Below, piece after piece: positions 28,715-42,155 of a DNA stretch of 64,000 nt. Source of the stretch: the human T2T-CHM13v2.0 reference genome, Homo sapiens; the NCBI RefSeq assembly GCF_009914755.1, contig NC_060931.1; one strand, written 5' to 3'. Numbering within the stretch: the first letter of the stretch is position 1; each line of letters opens with the position of its first letter. The notes under the pieces were generated by a model. It was given only the letters and a program-made list of their open reading frames with translations, did no database searches and was not told the DNA's origin. The position numbers were made by a program, and so were the translations under genes.

Positions 28715-30930
28715 CAATTGTTATTAGAAAATTGCAAATTAAACTCCAGTAAGATTGTACTCCATACATATTAGAATGTCTACATTAAAAAAAAAAACTG
28801 ATATTACCAATTGCTGGTGAACATTTAGAGTAACAGGAACTTTCACTAATGCTGAAAATACAAACCAGTACAGCAAGTTTGGAAGGCAGTTTGACAATTC
28901 TACATCAAGCTAAACATAGTCAGATCATATATTCCATCAATCATAATTCCTAGGCATTTGGCTTATTTATTTGAAAATTCATTTTCACCCAAAAGCCTGT
29001 ACATGAATGTTTATATCAGCTTTCTGCATAATTGCCAAAAATCAGAATCAACAAAATGGCCTTCAACAAGTAAATGGAAAAACCAACTGTGATATATTTA
29101 TACAACAGAATATTATTCTGCGATTAAACAAAAATGAGCTATCAAGCCATGAAAAGATAGAATAAATATTAAATGCATGTTCTGAATGTAAAAATTTAGT
29201 CTGAAAGTCTATATATTCAATGAATTCAATCATATGACATCCTGTAAAGGACAAAATGATAGAGACATAAAAAGATCAAAATGGTTGCTTGGAGTCTGAA
29301 GTAGGGAGTTAGGTTTAATAGGTGGAGCACAGGGCAATTTTAGGACAGCTTTTTGGTATGATATTGTAATGGTGGATACATAAAACTCTGCATACCCAAA
29401 CCCTGTAAAAATTATTGCACAAAGAATATTAATGTAAGTCAATTTTAACAAATTACTTAAGAGCTTTGAGGATCCCAAATGGAGTGCAGAATGTGGAAAA
29501 ACAATATAAATATAGTACAGACATATGAAACATATGAAACACCTCACTTAGGGAGGTGGAATAAAACAATGCCTATGTAAGTTACTTTGACAATGAGTGG
29601 AGCCTGTAAGACTAAAAGTAAAGAATCCTATACATAAGCACTGTATTCTAGTTGATGACGTTGCTTCCCATAGGGGTAAGGGTAACAATTAAGATACTGC
29701 TGTGCAAATATGCTGGAATTAAACACTTAAGTAAATGGTGGCAGGATCTAGGCTACTCACTACACTTCCCAGAGATACATGAGGGGAAGAGGCTATCATA
29801 CTGTATGTAGTAATAGATTAGAGTTGAAGACATTGGTATGAACTCATGTTCAGTTTAATTATGATGCAGATAGTACATATATTCCCTTACTCCATAGCTG
29901 AAAGTGTCTATGAGCAAATGTAATCTAGTGATAATGAACACAGCTAGTGCCCAGAGCTTGGTTTCTAATACCATTCTCCAGTAAAGGGAAGTAGGTCTCT
30001 TGGGATAACTGGCCGATTCTAGGCTGGGGGCAGGAAATGCACAAGGTAAGCCCAGAGCATCTTGTAGTGCCAGAAGGTAAGAAAGTGAAACAAACAAACA
30101 AACAAACAAAACACATGGGGAATGTCAAAGGGACACAGAAACCCACTGAAAGAGCTTCAGGTGACCAAAGCTGGAACAATTTAAGCAGCATTATAAAGTA
30201 ATATTTGAATATAAAGAGGATCTATAAATTAAAGATAATAATAAATAGATAGAGGAGAAGAGACAAATTTCCTGTGAAAAGTTTCAGGTAATTTATGTAG
30301 ATTCACCACCCTTTGAGAGCTAGAGCTTAACTTGCTACGATTTAAGTGTGGTCTGCACAGTTACGTCCTTCCAAAGAGCACAGTGTGGGATGGTGTTAAA
30401 AGAGTGACTCTGTGGCGGTGAAATCTGACAAACTCTACCTCAGCCAGATGATCAAGAGTAATAACAACAGTGATGTCATGTTGCCAAGCATGATACCCTT
30501 GTTATGATGTCATAACAGTAGCTCTTTACTTCTGTGATCTTCCTCCCAAAAACACATAACCACAATCTAATCATTAGAAACACATCAGAAAAACCACAAG
30601 TGAGGGACCTTATACAAAATACCTGACAAATACTCCTCAAAACTCTTTATGCCATCAAAAAACAAGGAAGGTCTGAGAAACTAGCACAGCAAAGATATGC
30701 CTAAGGAGACACGTTGACCCAATGTAAGATTAAGTAAAAATTAAAGAAACTGAAAAAAAAATGTACTCTAGTTAATAAGTGTGTATCAATATTGGTTCAT
30801 TCATTGTAAAAAAAACTTCATATTAATGTTAGATACAAATAATTGGAGGAACTGTGAAGTATGTTGAAATGCACTGTCTTTTCAATTTTTCTATTCATTT
30901 AAAACTGTTCTAATAGAAAAATATGTAAAT
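28715..30930 (+). mobile_element. L1MC (L1MC3-like) ORF2 end and long 3'UTR
   Basis: ttagaaaattgcaaattaaac...tttggaaggcagtttgac...aaatacctgacaaatactcctcaaaact...aacaaggaaggtctgagaaac. Confidence 0.8.
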
Positions 30931-33712
30931 ATAATAGTACTAAATATGTCTATTATACAGAGCCGGCCAAGATTCTTGAAAGAATTACAAAGATTACAAT
31001 TTGTTGCACATTTTGTAGCATTTAGCTAGTTATGAAACTTTACAAAGCATTTATTTTATTCCTCCTCTCTGAAAGAATGTGGATAGCTATAAAACCTGAA
31101 TTATCCCATCTATTGTTAATATGTAAGCATATTTTAAACCACTAGAAAGTTATATTGCTATTCAGTTTACTTAGTAAACAACCATTTCCGTGCAGACACT
31201 CAAAAGCCTACAATACATTTTTGAAAATATGGTCAATTCCGCTCAGGGATTAATTGGAGGAATTGTCTGGAAGTGGAAGATTAGTAAGAGGAAAGTCACA
31301 GATTAACAAATAATGACTGAAACAAAACTAGTCAAAACTAAGCTTACGCAAAGTAATTATTCCACTTACCCACGTGTCTGATTATTTTTTTACACAGTCT
31401 AGAAAATATAAAATACAAAATGCATTTATGTTTTTATTTTTTCCAGCTAGCCTCTTTCCTTCGCTTTTTCATAATGCTTTTTCTTGCATTAGTTTCATTC
31501 TATTTTGTGCTAAGCAACGTTAAATACGAATATTAAGCAAGGTTCAATCTCAGTTTCATTCAACCGTTTGAATTTGGTTTACCATCCGGCAGACCCTCCC
31601 ACGTTACATTTCCTTCAGACTGCTCAAAAGCAAACTTCAATTCTTCAGTCAGTTGTCTCCAGGAATGGGCTTTTCTTTCTCAGTTGCCAACTGAACAAGC
31701 TGGTATTGCTTTATCTAGTTGATTGTTTATGATACATTATTTCTTATATTTCTCCATTTTCAGTGTGCTTTACTCTTCTGTATATAAGTGTTAATGTAGC
31801 ATGTCACTTTTAAATAAATATCATGAATTACTTAATGTTCATTTCACCTTATAAAGTAAGTTGTTTACAATTTCTAATCCCCATAACACTGTACATTCTA
31901 CCAACACACTTTTTGAAACCACATCTTCCAGGCATTCAGCTTTCAGAATTATTTTTAAAATTAACTTTGATTAGGATATATTATGCCTTTATTGGGTATT
32001 GTAATAGTAGGTGTATTTTTAACAAAAACTTCCTTCACTTTGTCTTACTATGATTGGGCAGACATGTAGATAGAGTTCATTTCTGGAGCATGATGGAAAT
32101 CATGATTTTTCTCATTAATCTGCCTTACAGTTCATGAAAGTGCAGCCTGAGTTGGCATGGGGTGCCCTTCATCATTCTCTGATCTTCCCTACTCTCTTGT
32201 TTGTTCCCCTGGCCTCCAGTCCAGTCTCCTGGATGTGTATCAGCAGTTTGCTGTAAACTGCTAGCCTTTCAACACTCCAATGGGGAAGAGTCCTGGAGTC
32301 CTAAATAGCAATTAATCTTGGGTATTCAGACACTTTAAAGTTCAGGCCTATCAGGTAAACAAACTTGTGTTTTTGGTGAATATTAACTTGCACTCCTATC
32401 AGACACAAATTTTGACTCCTGTCCATGTTAAATGGTCAACTGTTTCACTAGAGAAAGGATAAAAAGGACCACAGTTGATTTTTATTCCTACCCATGTAAT
32501 ATATTCTGTGGTATATCTACAATATGATTTAAGCACTTAAAAGTTCATGAAGACATGTCAGCTATTTCATGGTATACTGTGTCATTTACCAGAAATAAAG
32601 CAGTTCTAGAAGACTTTGAAACATGTCATCAGACTGTTTTGGACTTCACCAAATCTTTAACTCCTCATATGATGAGAGTGGAAGCTAATTTTTTGCCAGA
32701 ATTTTAGTAGATGAGCATAGGTAATTTAAAACATTACTACTTCTTCCCATGGGTTTGAATTATCTTTATTTATATAATTTACCTAGTTTTGAAAGTCAAA
32801 TAATATTTAAAAGTTCCAGTAAGCTTTTGTATTGCTAAGTATTAGCAGAGAAAAAAAGGACATGGCAGACAGTGAGTGACAGGCATTTTCAAATTATGTA
32901 AAATCATAAATATATTTGTTAGTGGACCACATCTATTGTATATATAGACTTTATCATATTTGAAAAATTGACTTTAAAATGAGCTGTTTGAAATAGCTTT
33001 AAGCTTTTTCTGTCAGAGGCTGTAAGTGATTACAGGTAGTAGCTGATTATGATGCCCTAAGGAGACTGTTTTAGGAAGTGGAAATTGATGTGGTGAATGG
33101 AATCAAATATACTGCACTCAATTCAAAGCCATTATCCAAACTGGGTACGAAAGGCTCTAAAAGGTGAAAATGAGAGGCCCTTTCTGTAACAAAGAGTTCC
33201 GATTCTTCCAAAAAGATTGTACTTCGGAAGCCAGAGGCCGTGAAGAGCAAAGCCTGCTCCGCTGAGTTTGTTGTTAACCATGAAGTTCATGACAAGTATC
33301 ATTGTCATGATACTAATATCCTTGTTATTATAAGCAACTTTTGAAAGTTTCTACTTGACAAAAGAAAAGGTTAACTTTGAAAATCTAATGCAATAATTAA
33401 GTTTAAAAATGATGTCACGATACCCCAAACAGTTAATGTTGGGGATCTTAAGTAAAGGCAGTATTCCAATGTGGCCAGTACATGACATCCTTGTGGAAAT
33501 ATCCCTGCTTAAGGACTAAAAGAAAGGGATCTTTACTTATCAATATGGCCAGAGGAATTGTCACAGAGTATAAATATCTGTGCTTAAGAGCTTGGCAAAT
33601 GCAGCAACTTTAAGGGAAAATTACACTAAATACAGAAAAGTTTTTTTTCAAATTAATAATTTAATACCTGGACCTGCAATCATTTACTAAGCTGTCCACC
33701 CTCTCCCACTAC

Positions 33713-33778
33713 TACACACACACATGCACACACACACATACATATGTATGCACGCACACACACACACATACACACACA
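33713..33778. repeat. Imperfect (CA)n microsatellite
   Basis: Directly visible. Confidence 0.9.
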
Positions 33779-34569
33779 GAGCTCCTTTTATTTCTTCACC
33801 AAAAAGGCAAGAAGTAAATATTTTTCTATTCTTTAACAACCCTCCGACATTTTTAAAAATTTTTTCAACGATAGTGAAAAGATGTCTTTTTCTGTCTTAA
33901 CAAGAACAGAAACAGAGTTGCAACACTTGAGCCACTAAGTCATTTCTGCTAAGCTGACAGCCATTTCTTTTTCATAATGGCTGTGTTTCTTGGCTTAGAG
34001 GTGCAATTGAGGTTGGTAATTTCCTTCCAAAATGAGAAATAAACAAAATGATAGCAGAGATTACAAATGCAAGATCTAAGCATAACAGAAAAGTAAACAA
34101 AACCATTTCTGTGCTAAAATAAGAAAAAAATGAGGAATAAGCTTGTTTTTTTAAAGAAATAAAATCCTCATTAAATAAACACTCTACTGCTGGTAAGTTG
34201 TACAAAAAATAATTATTCCTTAGTACACTGTATGTTAAGCTGTATTTATTTGATTTGAGGAAGTAGGTATCAGAGGAAGTACTGGAACAAACAGATTATT
34301 CCATTTTCACATCAGATATTCAAGAGTATCTTTCATGTGACAAATTACTTGGGGCAAAACTGTGGAAAATAAGACATAATCTTCTCTATGGAAATACTGT
34401 CTCCTGTACTTAGTTGCAGAAATTAGTAATTTCATTAAAATGTGATGAAGATTAAAATCATACATACTCACAGTATATTTTCACCAGATTAATAGAGAGT
34501 CCACAATTTTGAATAATCATGACTCTTTTGTTAATCCAATGAAAACTATTAGCCTTCTTCCAGGAAAAT

Positions 34570-34650
34570 AATATATATATATATACACACACACACAAGC
34601 ACACACATATATTTTATATATATATAATTACACACACACACATATATATG
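34570..34650. repeat. (TA)n/(CA)n compound microsatellite
   Basis: Directly visible. Confidence 0.85.
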
Positions 34651-35324
34651 ATTATGCATGTAAAATTATAAATGTTGTATCCTTAAATAGTGAAGATCCT
34701 ACCAGCTCAATGGAATGCCAGAATTCATGTCTACCTGAGATGGAGAGTTTCCAGCTATGCAGTACCTTTGCCGTTGCAAAGGTACACACACATACACATA
34801 GAGCTCTACAAGGGTCCTGCATTTTTGCAACAGAAGGATAGTATTTACAAAGAACCAATTACCTCAGAATTCTGGTAGCTGTTTTGTTGGTTAAGAAGAT
34901 AGTATCCAAGCAGTATTGTTCAATTAATTATCAGAAATGATTCTACAAGTAAAATAAATCAAAACCTCATATTGAATTAAGCATTTTCTTTTGTAAAATA
35001 TTGATATGATAGGAAACTGATAAAAAACTATTGACTACTGAATTATGTCCAAATTAAAAATATATAATTATCATAAATGAGAAAATTAAATGATATATCC
35101 CTATTACAAAGGCACAACAAGGTATTTCACACAAAAGATATGTATTCAGCAACTTCTAGTATAGCTTGAGAAGGATTTATGCCATAGGGCAGTCTAGAGG
35201 AATACTGAAGAAGATCAAATGGAAAGTCTGGGATTATAAAGCATTACAATATCCTCATAATAAAAATGATAAGGGGTGTTTTTTAAACTCCTGTGAAAAG
35301 CACATAAATCTAGCAAAGTTTGAG

Positions 35325-36210
35325 GATCAGGAATCGTTGCAAAAACGTTAACATTTGGGTAAAGTTTTGAAAATATATTGGGATTAGACTGATGAAAAAG
35401 GTGAGAAGAACAAAATAAAAAGTTGTTTGCATTTTGGGAATTAAAAAGCAGTTGATAAACATGGAGTGAAAACTCAATGAAAGGCTCAGGTAGATGTGCA
35501 GGTGGTAAGGTTATCAAATGCATAGGATCATTGTACAACAAATAAAATACTTTGTCTTTTAGAGTATACTTTGCCTTTTATTATTTGAATTTACTCTAAA
35601 AGACAATTGGTAACATTGAAGGATTTGATGACGGGGTGGCAGGATTAGGTAGTGCATCAGACTATTCATTCTGGCTGAAAGTGAAAGGTGCGCTGAAGAA
35701 ACATAAGGCAGAAACAGCAATTAGATGAATGGTTTCAGATTTTTTGAGTGCAGTTTAGGAAAATAGAATTGGCTGGGCATCACAATTAATTAAACACATT
35801 GGGGAGGAGAGAGGATTCAAATGTTATATTCGTGTTTCCGGTGTAGGGTATTGCCTGGGGCTGTAGTTCTCAGTAGGATCCTCCAAGTTATCTTACTGAC
35901 AAGAAAGATTTTCCTAAGGTCACAAACCTGAGTTACTACCCTGCTGAGGCCGTGGTAGAACTAAACAGAACAAAATATTTCAGTAAAACCTAGAGTTTGT
36001 GCAATCTTCCAATCTGCTCAGCTTGTTTGGCTACTTATGAAATGTCAGTTACCTTTTAAAAAGATAATTCCGATTGCACTTAGGAAAAATGATGGAAAGA
36101 GAACAAAGCTGGAAGCAGAGAGATCACCCATTAGTGCATTCTGGGCAAAACATGATGGGGGCTTGCACCAGAGGAATGAGGAGTGTCTGCATTTTGGATG
36201 TGTTGAAGGC
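35325..36210 (-). mobile_element. L2 LINE relics (patchy)
   Basis: tttaaaaagataattccgattgc...agctggaagcagagagatca...gatgggggcttgcaccaga...ttttggatgtgttgaagg resembles antisense L2. Confidence 0.55.
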
Positions 36211-36599
36211 ATGGCCGCAGGAACTTCAGTGCAAGCAAATAAGCAAAAAATGTACTGGGTATCCATGGAAACCAAGATTCATCCCATACTATTTAAAAAT
36301 AGATATTTTACTGAAGAAATGTCTTCAAAGTTTAAATGAAAAACAAAGGTTGTTAAGGCACCCAGGTCCTAATGGAATTAATTATGATTCACAGGGATGC
36401 ATGTAGCAATGGAATGAAAGGCTTCACCTGGAGCCTGATGAGGGCTTCAGTCGTGCAGAAGTCATAGAAGGGCATAGCTATTGTTCATGAGAGACAGAAC
36501 TGTTTCCCAACTTAAAAAAATACCATGACAAGTCAAGTCAAGAAGAGTCCGAGGGATCCATATGGAGGCTCACCTATGCACACGCAAAAAATACTCATT

Positions 36600-36713
36600 G
36601 AGTAGGCATGACCCAATCACTTCCCAGAGACCTCATCTCCAAATATCATTGCATTGGGGGTTAGGATTTCAACATATCAATTGGAGGGTGTTATAAACAT
36701 TCAGTCTATCGCA
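36600..36713 (-). mobile_element. MLT1A/MST-type LTR end fragment
   Basis: atgacccaatcacttcccagagacctcatctccaaatatcattgcattgggggttaggatttcaacatat...aaacattcagtctatcgca. Confidence 0.75.
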
Positions 36714-36714
36714 T

Positions 36715-37312
36715 GCACCAGCAACTCTACCCCTAGGAATTAACACATAAGAACTGCACATATATAGCCTCACAAAAACTTATGCATAACTATTTATTGT
36801 AGTTATTCATAATAACTGAATTCATAATCATTATTCATAATAACTGAAAAATAAAAAACACACAACAACAACAAAGCAAATACTAATCACATGATGAGTG
36901 TATGGACAAAATGTTGCCACATTATTCATACATGTATATAGCCAGACAGTAGAATATTATTAACCCATAAAATCAAAAATAGAATGAAGTACTTTGTAAG
37001 ATGAATGAATTTTGTAAATATTACGGTAAGTGAAAGAAGCCAAGGCACATATTTTATGATTCAACATATATGAAATATCCAAAGTAACCTAATCTATAGC
37101 AAGTCGACTAGTAGTTACCATAGGTTAGGGGAGAGAGAATATTAAGTAACTGTTAATGAGCACAAAGTTTCTTTCTGAGTAGATAAATATGTTCCAAAAT
37201 TAGAGAATATTTATTCTTGCATAACCCTGGAATATACTAAAATCCAATGAGTTGTGCACCCAAAAATGGTGACTTTTATGACATGTGAATTATATCTCAT
37301 TTTGCTATTAAA
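36715..37312 (+). mobile_element. L1MB-type 3' end
   Basis: ccagcaactctacccctagg...gtaagtgaaagaagccaagg...gttaatgagcacaaagtttctttctgag...atgtgaattatatctc. Confidence 0.75.
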
Positions 37313-38969
37313 ATACATGTAGTTTTAGCTGAAACACATTAAAGCTTAGTCATTACTTTGCCCTCACAAGAAAAAATCAGAACAAACTGAAAATCATGAC
37401 TTTTCTTGAATCCATCAAAGAACTCAGGAGAAACAGCAAACTGCTACCCTGCATCTGGAGAAACAGGCAAATTTGGAGCATCACAGCTGAGGCCACCTGA
37501 GCCATAAACTGTTGAAACACTTACGTGGTAATTTTGATGAATTGCTAGAGGACAAGTGTGAGCCAGCATGAGTGAAAACCTCTCGAATGCTGCAGTTTTA
37601 GCAAGACTCCCTCGCGTTCATGGTTTCATCTTCAGGAATCCCACAAGGTTCTCACAGTGAAGAGCCGAGAAAGATGCCCTCCTGACCCTGGCAGGGGGAG
37701 GTGAGAAGTAACCAGTCAAACAGACTTGGAATATTCGATGTAAGGAAGTCCTACTATCTGGAGGAAAAGGCTGTTCTATTACAGTCTAAAATAGACTGCA
37801 CTATTTTCCCTAATGGCTGGAGACACTAAGGAACACTTGAACAGGCTACTGCCCAAGGACACAGGACCACTGAAAGACTTAGACTTCCATGTTAGACTAT
37901 AGAATGCTTTCCCTTCACCACGCCTTACCATCACTGCACCAGTGCTCCAGTGCATCCGGGGGTTACGCCCGTAGTAATCAGACTCGGCCTGACAAACAGC
38001 TTCATAGGGAGCCCCGAAACAATAGGGGGTGACAAAATCAAGGGCAATAAAGGAATTTTATCTCTTGGCACCTACAAACATTGCAAATATTAAACACAAC
38101 TTAACTCCAGCAAGATTAACAAAAATGCAAACACTAAATAAAACACATCTGTTCCTATTACCTGATGCAACATATCTACTTTCAACAAAAATATATAAGG
38201 CATGTTAAAAGACAAGTACAAATACAATCTGAAGACAAATAAATCACCTTTAACAGACTCAGATATAGCACAGGAATTGGATAATGAGACAAAGAATGCA
38301 AAATAACTATTATTAATATTAGGAAAAGGTAATCATCATATAAGATCAAATGCAAGATGTAAGCAGCAAGATAGAAACTTTACAACTTTAAATCAAAAGA
38401 AAAGGCTAGAATTCAAAAACACTGCACCAGCAGTAAAGAATGTCTTTGAAGGGGTCGTTAATAAACTAGACATAAATGGGAAAAGAATTAGTGAGTTCAT
38501 AGTTAGGTTAAAAGAAACTTCCCAAACTGAAATACAAAATAAAACAAAGTAAGAAAACCGAAAAAAGTAAACAAAAAACACAAAGAATATCCAAAAATTA
38601 TTGGACAGTTGCAAAAGGAGTAATATGTCCATAATTGAAATAAGAGAAGGAGAAAGAGCAAATGGGGCAAAAAAAAAAAAAAATAGTGGGCTGAAAGTTT
38701 TCCAAAATTGATGACATACACCAAACCATAGATTCAGGAAGATCAGAGAACACCAAACATGGTAAGTATAAAATACCTATACCAAGACATATTATATTAA
38801 ACTGGAGAAAACCAAAGACAAAGAGAAAATCTTGAAAGTGCCAGATATAGGGGAAATCATTGAATAAATAATCAAAAAGCAACTCGTAACATGCCTATAA
38901 AGGAGCAAACTTAAGAATTAAGAATTACAGCAACTTCTCATCAGAAATCATGTGAGGAAAAAAGAAGAA

Positions 38970-39120
38970 TAAATATCTATAATATATTATAGATGACTTA
39001 ATATAAATATATAATATTTATATTATAGATGTACTATATTAATATTATATATTTACTATATAATAATATATATTTATTATTTTTATATATTTATTATATA
39101 ATAATATAAATATATGAGAT
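38970..39120. repeat. AT-only low-complexity tract
   Basis: Nearly pure A/T degenerate (TA)n. Confidence 0.85.
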
Positions 39121-39491
39121 AAAATCATCTGCTTATATTATGCTTATTTGATCTAAAAGATAACTTCTTAAAGTAATACTAGCATCAATGTATCACACGA
39201 CTTTAGTGCATGGATAAGAGAAAAGAATGACAGCAAGCCATAAAGGATGGGAGAAAGGGGATTGAAAATACTTTGTTCTAAGCTGCCTGCACTACAAGGG
39301 AAGTGGTAGTGCATTATCTAATGGTGGACTTAGACTACAGAAATTTGCTAACTATAAGACGACTACTAAAAAAATTAAAAGTGTAATTGATATGGCAAAA
39401 GAGAAGCTACAATGGAATTACGTATAAAATACTCAGTTAAATACAAGACAGAAAAGGAGGACAAGACAGAACAAATGAAACAAATATACAG

Positions 39492-39810
<319 letters not shown>

Positions 39811-41479
39811 AAATATACAAGAGTTACAAATACGTTAAATATTAATATAGAATCAATAATCACCTTTATATGTCAGGTTTATAAACCAATTAAAAGAACA
39901 AGGGTTGTCAACACAAAACTAAATTATATGTCATCTGTGAGAAACCCACTGTTAGTGTAAAAATTCGGATAGGTTAAGTAAGTGGTAGAAAATGATTTGC
40001 CATATTAACACTAATGAAAAGAAAGCTGGAGTGGCAAAATTAACTTCAGCAAAAGGAGAATTTAGAAAAAGATTATCAGGGATAATGATAAACATTGCCT
40101 AATGATACCGTCATCAATTATCTAAGAAAATATGTCAGTCCTAAATATTTATACACCTAACAATAGATCATCAGACTATGAGGTTTCAGACTGTTTCAGT
40201 TGTTACTGAAACAGTTCCAAGAAAAAATAGACAAATATACTATTACAGTTTGATACTTCAACACTTCTCTTTCAATAATGGTCAATCCATCAGGCAAAAA
40301 TCAGTAAAGATATAATTGGTACAAGTTCTCTACAGTCTCTTGCAGAAAATAGAAGCACAGAATATATTTCCTAAGTCATTCTATAAATAGACAGTATTAC
40401 TCTGATACCAAAATCAGATAAAGACTCTATACAAAAGGAATACTACAGACTACTGATTAATGTAGATGCAAAAATCCTCAACAAAACTTAGGTCAAATCT
40501 AAAGAATTTGATTAAATAAAAAGAATTAAATATATAATTAAAATATAAGAATTAAATTAAAAGATCAAATAAAAAGAATTATACACCACAATCAAATGGG
40601 ATGTGTCAGGATGTTTTAATTTCAGAAATTAAATAACTGCAATTCATTACAACAGGCTAAGAAAATATCCTATGGTCCTATGCAATATTAACAAATAAAT
40701 TTAATTAATAACATTTGACAATCAGCAAATGGAAGCACAAAATACATAAATCTTTAATTTAGCTGTAAGCCAAACTGTTTTGTTATTGAGAAGATGTATC
40801 TTACACCTTAAAAATTATCTACCTTCCCAAAACTCTCTATAACATTTTGAAGAATGTTGTGCATAGGAAGAGATGCTTATTATCAGAAACCCTGAGGCAA
40901 AATGTTAGGGACTGTATGATAGAGAAGAATGAATGTCAGCTGGGGGTAAAATTAAGAGGATCATTCCCTTCAATGAGTTGAAAATAAGAAAGACATTTTT
41001 TTTTTTTAAGAAAAGAAAATGCTATGTTGCTTAAGTGTCTTGACCTGCATGTGGAAATCATAATAAGATAATATCTGCTAGAAGGAAATAGAAGAGTCCA
41101 GATGCATAGATAAAAAATAATTCCTCTTCAGGAAGGGAGTTTGCCAGTCTTCACAGAGATGGAGAATCCTACTTTTTCAAGTTGTTTTTAAAGCTCCCTG
41201 ACTTGGCTTGGCAATGGGGGAAGTGTAGATCCTCTTCTGGAAGCCAACAATCCTCTTAAAAGAAATCCTTTTCACCCCGCTCTCTTTAAGACTAAAGATA
41301 GACCTTGGATTACAACTCTGGGCTTCTGCAAATGTTTCTTGACATAAGAAAAGTTCCTTTTAATGACTTGTTTTATGTACAAGTGGATATTATTTCTCTG
41401 GCTCCTTCTATCAACTGGGTCACATGCAGTTGCAAGTTCCAGGAATACTATTTGCAGTAGCATAACAAAATCCAGATTC

Positions 41480-42025
41480 CTTTTTAAAATTTTTATTATT
41501 TTATTTCAATAGATTCAGGGGTACACATGGTTTTTGGCTGCATGGATGAATTGTACAGTGGGGGAGTCTTGGTTTTAGTGTACCTGCCACCTGAGTAGTG
41601 TACGTTGTACCCAATAGGTAATTTTTCATTCCTCACCCCTCTCCTGATCTTCTCTATTCTGAGTCTTCAGTGTCCATTATATCACTCCATATGGCCCTGC
41701 TTACCCATAGCTTAGCTCCTACTATAAGTGAGAACATGCAGTATTTGATTTTCCATTCCTGAGTTACTTCACTTAAGATAATGGCCTCTGGTTCCATCCA
41801 AGTTGCTATAAAAGACATATTTCACTGTTTTTTATGGCTGAGTAGTATTACATGATGCATGTATGTATGTGTGTGTATATATATACACATATGTATATAT
41901 ATACACATATGTGTATATATATGTATATATATATGATGTACATACATACGTATATATATCTATCACATATTTTGTACCCACTCACTGGTTGCTGGGCACT
42001 TAGGTTCATGTCATATCTTTGAAAT
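41480..42025 (-). mobile_element. L1PB (L1PB2/3-like) 5'-truncated 3' end with internal (TA)n-rich tract at 41858-41960
   Basis: catggatgaattgtacagtgg...acccatagcttagctcctactataagtgagaacatgcagtatttg. Confidence 0.88.
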
Positions 42026-42044
42026 TTTTTTTTTTCATTTTTCT

Positions 42045-42155
42045 CACATAACAAGAATTCAGGGAGAAGCTGGGAGAGGAGGGAGGCAGTACATGGCTGG
42101 CCAGGCAGCTCCCAGGAGGTGCCAGAGATCCAAGCTCCTGTTTCTTTTTTCTCTA
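42045..42155. mobile_element. Old MLT1 fragment
   Basis: ggaggcagtacatggctggccaggcagctccc...agagatccaagctcctgtttct. Confidence 0.4.
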
